The notes beneath the pieces are model-generated. The model was given only the letters and a program-made list of their open reading frames with translations. It searched no databases and was not told the origin of the DNA. Below, piece after piece: positions 1-7,566 of a DNA stretch of 32,000 nt. How positions within the stretch are numbered: the stretch's first letter is position 1; every line of letters begins with the position of its first letter. A program made the position numbers and the translations under genes. The DNA is from Bellilinea caldifistulae (GTDB lineage Bacteria > Chloroflexota > Anaerolineae > Anaerolineales > Anaerolineaceae), in the NCBI RefSeq assembly GCF_001306055.1, contig NZ_LGHJ01000002.1, positions 1 through 32,000 on the forward strand, read 5' to 3'.

Positions 1-1
1 A

Positions 2-30
2 TTGACACCCAATATATAGTGGTGTAAAAA
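2..30 (+). promoter_or_regulatory. Possible sigma70-type promoter reading into the repeat region
   Basis: TTGACA (2-7), 17-nt spacer, TAAAAA (25-30). The -10 is weak and the element sits at the window edge. Confidence 0.25.
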
Positions 31-102
31 GTGGTATTCAAAGGGCTTGCACCTTGCGTAAACACCAGACCACGCACAGGACAAGCCCTAAACTCATGGT
101 AC

Positions 103-159
103 GGGCAGTTTCTTCACGCCGCTTGTTCCGCTCCGCTCCACAAGCGGCTAAAACTGCCC
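103..159. other. Long two-tier hairpin (9 bp + 9 bp)
   Basis: GGGCAGTTT (103-111) pairs with AAACTGCCC (151-159). GCCGCTTGT (118-126) pairs with ACAAGCGGC (140-148). The apical loop is the 13-nt TCCGCTCCGCTCC. All pairs were read directly from the sequence. Confidence 0.6.
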
Positions 160-330
160 TAAACAATCCCGTTCGGAGGGCAAAGCCCGCCTCACTCAAC
201 CCCCCCCGCCTCAAACCCCCGCCCCCCCAGGGGGGCTTCCCCTTGCAAAGCCTCGCATTCGCTCGCTTGTTGCTCGCTCATAATCGCTCGGCTTTGCGCC
301 TCACGCCAAGAACGGGACGGGCTACGCTCA

Positions 331-388
331 CCGGCGGGCTTACGCCCGCCGGTATGCGCTCCGCCCTGCGGCGGGCTACGCCCGCCGC
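331..388. repeat. Two near-identical REP-like GC hairpins
   Basis: CCGGCGGGC-ttac-GCCCGCCGG (331-352) and GCGGCGGGC-tac-GCCCGCCGC (368-388). Each has a perfect 9-bp stem. Confidence 0.6.
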
Positions 389-396
389 CCCGTTCT

Positions 397-992
397 GATT
401 GCCTCGCTCGCTGCGCTCGCTCGCAACGACGTAAGCCCCTTAATGTCACCCCGAACGGAGTGAGGGGTCTCCCCGCCGGTCTTGCGGGAGATTGCCGCGC
501 TCGCTGCGCTCGTTTGCAATGAAGTAAACCCCTTAATGTCACCCCGAACGGAGTGAGGGGTCTCCCCGCCGGTCTTGCGGGAGATTGCCGCGCTCGCTAA
601 CACTCGCTTGCAATGACGTAAAACCCTTAATGTCACCCCGAACGGAGTGAGGGGTCTTCCCGCCGGTCTTACGGGAGATTGCCGCGCTCGCTTGCGCTCG
701 CTCGCAACGACGTAAACCCCTTAATGTCACCCCGAACGGAGTGAGGGGTCTCCCCGCCGGTCTTGCGAGAGATTGCCGCGCTCGCTTGCGCTCGCTCGCA
801 ATAACGTAAACCCCTTAATGTCACCCCGAACGGAGTGAGGGGTCTCCCCGCCGGTCTTGCGGGAGATTGCCGCGCTCGCTGCGCTCGCTTGCAATGAAGT
901 AAACCCCTTAATGTCACCCCGAACGGAGTGAGGGGTCTCCCCGCCGGTCTTGCGAGAGATTGCCGCGCTCGCTTGCGCTCGCTCGCAACGAC
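397..992. repeat. Tandem array of a 93/94-bp structured repeat: partial unit 397-440, then 6 units
   Basis: The unit marker TAATGTCACCCCGAACGGAGTGAGGGGTCTCCCCGCCGGTCTTGCGGGAGATTGCCGCGCTCGCT recurs at 441, 534, 628, 722, 816 and 909 (periods 93, 94, 94, 94, 93). Units differ by point changes only, so there are no unique spacers. Each unit holds two hairpins, for example TCTCCCCGC-cggtctt-GCGGGAGA at 468-491. Confidence 0.92.
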
Positions 993-1088
993 ATGCCATT
1001 TTTTCCGGCAATTTGTTTGATTACCCTGACCCAAATTGACGGTAAAATACAACTAATCTCAACCGCTTTTGCTCATCCTTCAAAACCC

Positions 1089-2336
1089 ATGATCATCCAC
1101 AACATCTCCCAATTACTGACCCTGGCCGGTGGGCCGCAGCGCGGCGCCGATTTGGGCAACCTCGGCCTGCTTTCGCATGCGGCGGTGCTGATTCGCGGCG
1201 GCATCATCGAAACCATCGGGCCGGAAAACATCCTCCTGCAAACCTACCCCAACGAACCGCGCTTCGACGCCGGCGGACGGGTGGTCATGCCGGCTTTCGT
1301 TGACCCGCACACCCATCTGGTTTGGGCGGGCGACCGCGCTGCCGAGTTTGAACTGCGCCTGCAGGGCAAAACCTACCAGGAAATTGCGGCGGCCGGCGGC
1401 GGCATCCGCTCCACCGTGCGGGCTACCCGCGCCGCCAGCGTGGAGGAACTCAAAGCCCAGGCCCGCCCGCGCATTCAAGCCATGCTGCGGCACGGCACCG
1501 CCACCGCCGAAGCCAAAACCGGTTACGCCCTCCAGCACCCCGGCGAGCTGCATCAACTGCAGGCCCTGCTGGAACTGGACGCCGAAGAAGAGATGGACAT
1601 TTTCCCCACCTACCTGGGCGCCCACGACATCCCCCCTGAATTTGAAGACAACCCGGATGGCTACGTGGATTTGCTGTGTACGCAGATGCTGCCCGAGGTG
1701 CGCGAGTGGTGGCAGTCCCACGCCCCCGGCCGCCCGCTACCGTTTGTGGATGTGTTCTGTGAGACGATAGCCTTCAACCTGGCACAGTCCCGCCGCATTC
1801 TGGAAACGGCGCGCGCGCTGGGCTTTCCGCTCAAAATTCACGCCGATGAATTCGACAACCTCGGCGGAGCGGCGCTGGCTGCCGAACTGGGGGTGGTTTC
1901 GGCCGATCATCTGGTCAAGACCTCGCCGCAGGACATTGCCGCGCTGGCCGCCAGCGAGACCGTGGCAGTCTCGCTGCCCTGCACCCCCTTTGGACTGGCT
2001 GACCCGCACTACACCCCCGCCGCACAAATTCTGCAAGCCGGCGGGCTGCTGGCGCTGGCCACCGACCTGAACCCCGGCACGGCCTGGTGCGAGAGCATGC
2101 AGTTTGTGATTGCGCTGGCTTGCCGCTACCTGCGCCTGACCCCGGCGCAGGCGATTGCCGCCGCCACCATCAACGCCGCGGCTGCCATCGGTCAGGCCGG
2201 GCGGATTGGCTCGCTGGAAGCCGGCAAGCAAGCCGACCTGTTGATTCTCGCCGTCAGCGATTACCGCCATCTCGGCTACCGCTTTGGCGGCAACCTGGCG
2301 GCGCACCTTTTCAAGCGTGGCGAGTTGATTTACTGA
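1089..2336 (+). CDS. hutI: Imidazolonepropionase (histidine utilisation)
   Basis: ORF 960..2336. It carries the HutI amidohydrolase signature DPHTHLVWAGDRAAEFELRLQGKTYQEIAAAGGGIRSTVRATRAAS and KIHADE. The start is moved to the in-frame ATG at 1089 (MIIHNIS...), because upstream codons lie in the repeat array. Confidence 0.88.
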   Translation: MIIHNISQLLTLAGGPQRGADLGNLGLLSHAAVLIRGGIIETIGPENILLQTYPNEPRFDAGGRVVMPAFVDPHTHLVWAGDRAAEFELRLQGKTYQEIAAAGGGIRSTVRATRAASVEELKAQARPRIQAMLRHGTATAEAKTGYALQHPGELHQLQALLELDAEEEMDIFPTYLGAHDIPPEFEDNPDGYVDLLCTQMLPEVREWWQSHAPGRPLPFVDVFCETIAFNLAQSRRILETARALGFPLKIHADEFDNLGGAALAAELGVVSADHLVKTSPQDIAALAASETVAVSLPCTPFGLADPHYTPAAQILQAGGLLALATDLNPGTAWCESMQFVIALACRYLRLTPAQAIAAATINAAAAIGQAGRIGSLEAGKQADLLILAVSDYRHLGYRFGGNLAAHLFKRGELIY

Positions 2337-2357
2337 GACAAGCGGAGAAAATGACCC

Positions 2358-2996
2358 ATGACACTGGATTTAGCAGCCGCACGGAAGTGGTACCCGCTCA
2401 ACGACCCGGTCCACGGCTTTGACCACATCGAGCGGGTTTACCACATGGCAGAACGCCTGGCGCAAGCCGAAGGCGCCGACCTGGAAATTGTGCGCGCCGC
2501 CGCCCTGCTGCACGACATCGAAGGCAGCCACCCCGGCGAACAGAACCGCGCCGACCACCATCACCAATCGGCGGAGATCGCCGCCGAAATTTTACGCCGC
2601 GAGGGCTGGGCGGAGGAGCGCATCGCCGCCGTTCAGCACTGCATTCGCGCCCACCGCTACCGCGACCAGCGCGAACCGCCCGCCACCCTCGAAGCCAAAG
2701 TGCTGTTCGACGCCGACAAACTGGATGTGCTGGGGGCAATCGGTGTGGTGCGCGTGCTGGGCTACGCCCAGCAAAACGGCCAGCCAGCTTACGCCCCGCC
2801 TTCGGCGCGTTTTTTGGAAACTGGCGAAAAAGAACCCGCCGAGCCGCACAGCGCCTACCACGAATTTCTCTACAAATTGCGGCGGGTCAAAGAACGCCTG
2901 TTCACCCCCGCCGCCCGCCGGATTGCCGAGGAAAGACACGCCTACCTGGAAGGTTTCTTTACAAGACTGATGGGTGAAATTCACGGTGATTTTTGA
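2358..2996 (+). CDS. HD-domain metal-dependent phosphohydrolase
   Basis: HGFDHIERV ... AALLHDIE ... FDADKLD pattern (H..HD..D). GGAG lies about 10 nt upstream of the ATG at 2358. Confidence 0.8.
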   Translation: MTLDLAAARKWYPLNDPVHGFDHIERVYHMAERLAQAEGADLEIVRAAALLHDIEGSHPGEQNRADHHHQSAEIAAEILRREGWAEERIAAVQHCIRAHRYRDQREPPATLEAKVLFDADKLDVLGAIGVVRVLGYAQQNGQPAYAPPSARFLETGEKEPAEPHSAYHEFLYKLRRVKERLFTPAARRIAEERHAYLEGFFTRLMGEIHGDF

Positions 2997-3043
2997 TATA
3001 CTTTGGATGAAGCCCTGATCAACAAACCGGTGAGAAAGAACCC

Positions 3044-3715
3044 ATGAACATACCCAGCGGCCCGATTCTGGTTGTGGAAGATAACCCAAACGTCCTCGAA
3101 CTCATCGAAACCACCCTGCGTTTCAAGGGCTACCCGGTGGTGACCGCCCGCAATGGGCAGGAAGCCATGCAGCGGATTGCTCAGGAAAAACCGGCCCTGA
3201 TTATCACCGACATCCTCATGCCGAAGATGGACGGTTACAGCCTGGCGCACGCCATCCGCAAAGACCCTGCCACGCGGCGGATTCCCTTCATTTTCATCTC
3301 GGCAACTTACCTGACCGCCGAGGACAAGGCGTTTGCCTACAGCCTTGGGGCGGCGCATTTCATCGAAAAACCGCTCGACCCGGAGGACTTCCTGCTGACG
3401 GTGGCGGAGGTGCTTACCCGCCAGATGGCAACCGGCACGCTGCACAGCCCGCTGGATGACGAGGATTTTTACGAGGGCTACCGCGAACGGCTGGAAAGCA
3501 AACTGCGCCACAAGCAGACCCAGATCAGCCGCACGGAACGGCTGCTGAACACCCTGCCGCCGGCGCAAAAGCCGGCCTTTGAGGCGCTGCTGGCGCAGGC
3601 GGTTGCCGACCGCAACGAGATTCAGGCCGAACTTGACCAGTTGTTGAAAACGCTGGAGGAGTTTAAGAGGCGCCAGCAGCCGCCGGTGCAGCCCGATGCG
3701 GGCGGGAGCGGGTGA
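3044..3715 (+). CDS. Response regulator, REC domain only, with a charged helical C-terminal tail
   Basis: CheY-like pattern ILVVEDNPNV...ALIITDILMPKMDGY...PFIFISA...KP. There is no recognisable DNA-binding output domain. The C-terminus is Q/E/R/L-rich. Confidence 0.85.
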   Translation: MNIPSGPILVVEDNPNVLELIETTLRFKGYPVVTARNGQEAMQRIAQEKPALIITDILMPKMDGYSLAHAIRKDPATRRIPFIFISATYLTAEDKAFAYSLGAAHFIEKPLDPEDFLLTVAEVLTRQMATGTLHSPLDDEDFYEGYRERLESKLRHKQTQISRTERLLNTLPPAQKPAFEALLAQAVADRNEIQAELDQLLKTLEEFKRRQQPPVQPDAGGSG

Positions 3716-3858
3716 GGGGAGCGTGCATGGGGGCAAGCATTGCGCATAGATTATGCGTACCCCCCTCCTGAAATCGGTATTTTTTTGGTGGAACCGGCAG
3801 GGGGGTACGCAGCAAAGATTAAAATTGTACGCAAAGGCAAATTTTTTGCCAGAAACGG

Positions 3859-3887
3859 TTGATTTTTGGTGAAGAAAATGATAGAAT
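3859..3887 (+). promoter_or_regulatory. CRISPR leader promoter
   Basis: TTGATT (3859-3864), 17-nt spacer, extended -10 TGaTAGAAT (3879-3887). It lies inside an AT-rich leader about 60 nt upstream of the first repeat. Confidence 0.5.
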
Positions 3888-3947
3888 GATGACAGTAATT
3901 TGGACTGATGAGAAAAAACATTGGAGAAAAGCAGGTACGAGTCAGCA

Positions 3948-4507
3948 GTCCGAATCAATAAATGCCCGTAAGGGCATTAAAACCTACCATATAAATAACT
4001 AATGCCCCGACCAGTATCTCGAAGGTCCGAATCAATAAATGCCCGTAAGGGCATTAAGACATAAAGGTGCAAGCAATTGTTCATTGCCTCGCAATAGTAA
4101 AGTCCGAATCAATAAATGCCCGTAAGGGCATTAAGACGGGATATAAAATCTTATACCCCTTCCATTCTGCCCGTTTGTCCGAATCAATAAATGCCCGTAA
4201 GGGCATTAAGACACCAAAGTCGCCTTGTCTTTGAACGGCACGATGTAAGTCCGAATCAATAAATGCCCGTAAGGGCATTAAGACTTCATCACATCCTCGA
4301 TATACCCCATCACTTTATCCATTCTGTCCGAATCAATAAATGCCCGTAAGGGCATTAAGACTGTTCTTGCGCTTATTATCGCAAGGGCTCACCCCTGTCC
4401 GAATCAATAAATGCCCGTAAGGGCATTAAGACGCTAACTCTTGACGGAAAACATAGCCGTTCAGTTTCCTCGTCCGAATCAATCAATGCCCGTAAGGGCT
4501 TTCGCCT
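3948..4507 (+). CRISPR. CRISPR array: 8 repeats of 36 nt and 7 spacers of 35-41 nt
   Basis: The repeat is GTCCGAATCAATAAATGCCCGTAAGGGCATTAAGAC, starting at 3948, 4025, 4102, 4177, 4249, 4326, 4397 and 4472. It has an internal stem AATGCCC-GTAA-GGGCATT. The first repeat has one change (AAGAC to AAAAC). The last repeat (4472-4507) is degenerate (..AATCAATGCCCGTAAGGGCTTTCGCCT). The AT-rich leader and promoter on the 5' side set the orientation to +. Confidence 0.93.
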
Positions 4508-4596
4508 GTTTCCGCACCCCTCCCGCTCAACCGGCAGCGCGGCGCAACTCCCCTTCCCCTCCGCCCTAAAACCGACCGCAAGCCAGCCCGCTCTTG

Positions 4597-4605
4597 TGTT
4601 AGAAT
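4597..4605 (+). promoter_or_regulatory. Possible extended -10 promoter for maf
   Basis: TGtTAGAAT ends 10 nt before the ATG at 4615, which would give a near-leaderless mRNA. No clear -35 is present. Confidence 0.3.
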
Positions 4606-4614
4606 CGAACGCGT

Positions 4615-5286
4615 ATGGCACAACCGCGTTTGATTCTGGCTTCCAACTCGCCCCGCCGCAGCCAGCTGCTGGCGTGGAGCGGCTGGGCGTTTGAACTCGA
4701 CCCCGCCAATCTCAACGAAGACCCCCTGCCCGGCGAGCCGCCGGCGGAGTACGTCCTGCGCCTTGCCGGTGAAAAAGCCCGCGCCGTTGCCGTCCGCTAC
4801 ACCGGCGAGCCGGCAGTGGTGCTGGCCGCCGATACCACCGTCGCCGACGGCGGCAGCATCCTCGGCAAGCCGGCTGACGCCGCCGAGGCGCGCGCCATGC
4901 TGCGCCGCCTGCGCGGCCGCACCCATCAGGTCTATACCGCCGTGGCGCTGATGGACGTTTGGCGCGCCCTGCTGGTGCAGGATGTCTGCATTTCCCACGT
5001 TCCCATGCGCCATTACACCGACGCCGAGATCGAGGAGTACATTCAAAGCGGCGACCCGTTCGACAAAGCCGGCGCTTACGCCATTCAGCACCCCCGCTTC
5101 CGTCCGGTGGTGGAGTTCGGCGGCTGTTTTGCCAGCGTGATGGGCTTGCCGCTGTGTCATCTGCAGCGGCTGGCAGCCCGGCTGGAGCTTACCCCGCCGC
5201 AGGATGTGCCTCGCGCGTGTCAATCCAATCTGAAGTATGCCTGTCCCATCTGGCAGGCTGTGCTTAACGGCGAGTCGGTTGGCTGA
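4615..5286 (+). CDS. maf: Maf-like nucleoside triphosphate pyrophosphatase
   Basis: LILASNSPRRSQLL ... AADTTV ... ILGKP ... A..ML..L.G..H.V.T.V ... DKAGAYAIQ, which is the classic Maf pattern. Confidence 0.88.
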   Translation: MAQPRLILASNSPRRSQLLAWSGWAFELDPANLNEDPLPGEPPAEYVLRLAGEKARAVAVRYTGEPAVVLAADTTVADGGSILGKPADAAEARAMLRRLRGRTHQVYTAVALMDVWRALLVQDVCISHVPMRHYTDAEIEEYIQSGDPFDKAGAYAIQHPRFRPVVEFGGCFASVMGLPLCHLQRLAARLELTPPQDVPRACQSNLKYACPIWQAVLNGESVG

Positions 5287-5314
5287 ATCAGGCCGGCCAT
5301 TCTGGAGAGAAACC

Positions 5315-7543
5315 ATGAAAGTCCGCTCGATGTTGATGTTTCTGCTGGCGCTGCTTAGCGCCTGTACCTCCGCCACAACCACCCCGTTGCCCACCGGTCC
5401 GGAAGGCACACCCACCCTGCGCGCGCCAATGGTCAACATCACCCCCGCGCCGGATGTGCAGAGCGCCGCGCGCGCTTTTCTGGATGCGTGGCAGAACGAA
5501 AATTATCAGGCAATGTACGACCAGTTGACCCTCCTCTCGCGGGACGCCCTCTCGTACGAGGAATTTTCCAAACGGTTGAAAGACGTTGCCGTGACCATGT
5601 CGCTGCAGCAGGCGCAGTTTGAAATCACCCAGGCGCTGATCAAAAACCCGCAGGAAGCCCAGGTGGCTTACCGCGCCGTCTATCAGACGGTGCTGCTCGG
5701 CAGCCTTTCCCGCGATACGCTGATGAACCTTTCTCTGCAAAACGGGCAGTGGAAGGTGCAGTGGGAGGACGGCATGATTCTGCCGGAGTTGCGCGGCGGC
5801 AACCGACTGGTGATGGACATCAGCATCCCCTCGCGCGGCAACATCTACGATGTCAAAGGCAGCGCTCTGGCGGCTCAATCCGATGCGGTGGCGCTCGGCA
5901 TTGTCCCCGGACAGATCGAGGAAGGCAAGGAAGGCGCCCTGCTGGTGGAACTTTCCAACCTGACCGGTTTGAACACCGACTACATCCGTTCTCTGTACGA
6001 ATTTGCCGCCCCGGACTGGTACATTCCGGTGGCGGATGTTTCGGCGCAGGCCGTCCAGCGCCGCTTTGAGGTGCTTTCCTCGCTCGGCGGATTGGTGATG
6101 ACCACCTACAACACCCGCTACTACTTCGACAGCACCGCTCCGCACGTCACCGGTTATGTTCAGCCGATTCCGGCGGAAGAACTGGATGAATACCGCCGGC
6201 GCGGCTACCGCGGCGATGAGCGGGTCGGACGGGCCGGTCTGGAATTGTGGGGCGAGTCGTATCTCGCCGGTCAGCGCGGGGCGTCGTTGTACGTGGTCGA
6301 CCCGCAGGGGGTGACCATCACCCGCCTTGCCCAGCGCGATTCGGCGCCTTCCAACTCGATTTACACCACCTTCAACAAGGATTTTCAGCTGCAGGTGCAG
6401 CGCGCCATCGAGGGATTTCGCGGGGCGGTGGTGGTGCTGGAGCGGGATACCGGGCGGGTGCTGGCAATGGCTTCTTCGCCCTCTTTTGACCCCAACCTGT
6501 TCGATCCCAATAATTACAACAGCCGCTGGCTGCTGAACGACCTGTTCGACCCGGCCACCACACCCCTGCTCAACCGCGCCACCCAAAGCGGTTACCCGCT
6601 CGGCTCGGTCTTCAAAATCATCACCATGGCCACCGCCCTCGAAACCGGCGCCTTCACCGCCGAAAGCGAATACGACTGCGGTTACACCTTCACCGAACTG
6701 CCCGGCATCACCCTCTACGACTGGACTTATGAAAAAGAAGTTCCTGCCAGCGGCCGCCTGACTCTCCCGGAAGGGCTGATGCGTTCCTGCAACCCGTGGT
6801 TCTACCACATTGGCCTTTCGCTCTACCAGCAGGGTTACACCGAGGATGTTTCCAAAATGGCGCGCGCTTTTGGACTGGGCAGCCCGACCGGCATTGACCA
6901 GATCACCGAAATTGCCGGCAACATGCCCAACCCCGCCAATGAAAACGATGCCGTGCAGCTGGCGATTGGACAGGGCACCATGCTGGTCACCCCCTTGCAG
7001 GTGGCGCGCTTCATGGCTGCCATCGGCAACGGCGGCACGCTCTACCGCCCGCAGGTGGTGGAAAAAATTACCGACCCGGACGGTAACCCGATTGTTACGT
7101 TCCAGCCGGAAGCCCAGGGCAAACTGCCGGTTTCTGAGGAAAATCTCAAAATCATTCAGGATGCCCTGCGGAGCGTGGTTGCCAACCGGCGCGGAACGGC
7201 TCAATACGTGATGGTGGGATTGCAGGTGCCGGTTTACGGCAAAACCGGCACCGCCAGCAATCCGGGCGGTAAACCGCACGCCTGGTTTGCGGGTTACACC
7301 GATGCCAAACGCAGCGACCTGCCCGACATTGCCGTGGCGGTGATTGCCGAAAACGCCGGCGAAGGTTCGGAAATTGCCGCTCCAATCTTCCGGCGGGTGG
7401 TTGAGTCGTACTTCTTCGGGCGACCCAGCCGCCTGTACCCGTGGGAGTCCACCTTCTACATCACCCGCACGCCAACGCCGCTGTACACCAACACCCCACG
7501 CCCCACCGACACCCCCGAACCCAGCCCAACCCCCGAACCCTGA
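5315..7543 (+). CDS. Class B penicillin-binding protein (transpeptidase) with an NTF2-like N-terminal domain; lipoprotein-type signal
   Basis: Motifs SVFK (SxxK), SCN (SxN) and KTGT are present in order. The N-terminal AARAFLDAWQNENYQAMYDQL looks like a MecA_N/NTF2 domain. The start is taken at ATG 5315 (MKVRSMLMFLLALLSAC, lipobox-like LSAC), with GGAGAGA upstream. The C-terminus is a Pro/Thr-rich tail. Confidence 0.9.
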   Translation: MKVRSMLMFLLALLSACTSATTTPLPTGPEGTPTLRAPMVNITPAPDVQSAARAFLDAWQNENYQAMYDQLTLLSRDALSYEEFSKRLKDVAVTMSLQQAQFEITQALIKNPQEAQVAYRAVYQTVLLGSLSRDTLMNLSLQNGQWKVQWEDGMILPELRGGNRLVMDISIPSRGNIYDVKGSALAAQSDAVALGIVPGQIEEGKEGALLVELSNLTGLNTDYIRSLYEFAAPDWYIPVADVSAQAVQRRFEVLSSLGGLVMTTYNTRYYFDSTAPHVTGYVQPIPAEELDEYRRRGYRGDERVGRAGLELWGESYLAGQRGASLYVVDPQGVTITRLAQRDSAPSNSIYTTFNKDFQLQVQRAIEGFRGAVVVLERDTGRVLAMASSPSFDPNLFDPNNYNSRWLLNDLFDPATTPLLNRATQSGYPLGSVFKIITMATALETGAFTAESEYDCGYTFTELPGITLYDWTYEKEVPASGRLTLPEGLMRSCNPWFYHIGLSLYQQGYTEDVSKMARAFGLGSPTGIDQITEIAGNMPNPANENDAVQLAIGQGTMLVTPLQVARFMAAIGNGGTLYRPQVVEKITDPDGNPIVTFQPEAQGKLPVSEENLKIIQDALRSVVANRRGTAQYVMVGLQVPVYGKTGTASNPGGKPHAWFAGYTDAKRSDLPDIAVAVIAENAGEGSEIAAPIFRRVVESYFFGRPSRLYPWESTFYITRTPTPLYTNTPRPTDTPEPSPTPEP

Positions 7544-7566
7544 TTGGAGCCGCTCGCCGCACATTT

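Noticed and set aside
397-992. The tandem array considered as a second CRISPR locus
   Set aside because: The segments between the conserved cores are variants of one another, not unique spacers. The whole 93/94 bp is the repeating unit.
192-1052. Five overlapping minus-strand ORFs (63-127 aa) and the plus-strand ORF 54..398 across the repeat region
   Set aside because: They only re-read the 93/94-bp tandem unit in shifting frames (MTLRGL..AISRKTGGETPHSVRGDIKG repeated). The unit length is not a multiple of 3, and there is no RBS. They are artefacts of stop-poor GC-rich repeats.
960-1088. N-terminal extensions of track ORFs: hutI from 960, PBP from 5237, rsgA from 7441, epimerase from 8294, MTase from 17693, cbiM from 20977, cbiO from 22661
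   Set aside because: The extensions run through upstream genes or repeats. They start at non-ATG codons or lack an SD. Internal ATGs give N-termini typical of each family and tidy stop-start overlaps.
3901-3951. CUGAUGAG (3905-3912) plus GGACTG/CAGTCC pairing, considered as a hammerhead ribozyme in the CRISPR leader
   Set aside because: No stem II helix and no properly placed CGAAA/GAAA core could be drawn. The match to the core heptamer looks like chance in an AT-rich leader.
4081-5442. Minus-strand ORFs 4081..4278, 4376..4621 and 4483..5442
   Set aside because: The first two translate CRISPR repeats (the recurring MPLRAFIDSD peptide). The third is antisense to maf, has no motifs and shows an Arg/Gly/Ala-rich shadow composition.
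5288-7564. 758-aa minus-strand ORF antisense to the PBP. Similar long antisense ORFs are 12653..14182 (+), 9495..10586 (-), 7606..8541 (-), 2981..3958 (-), 22593..23345 (-), 27370..28041 (-) and 29155..29742 (-)
   Set aside because: These are shadow ORFs of a high-GC genome. They are Arg/Gly/Ala/Pro-rich and lack motifs. Each lies opposite a gene with unambiguous family signatures.
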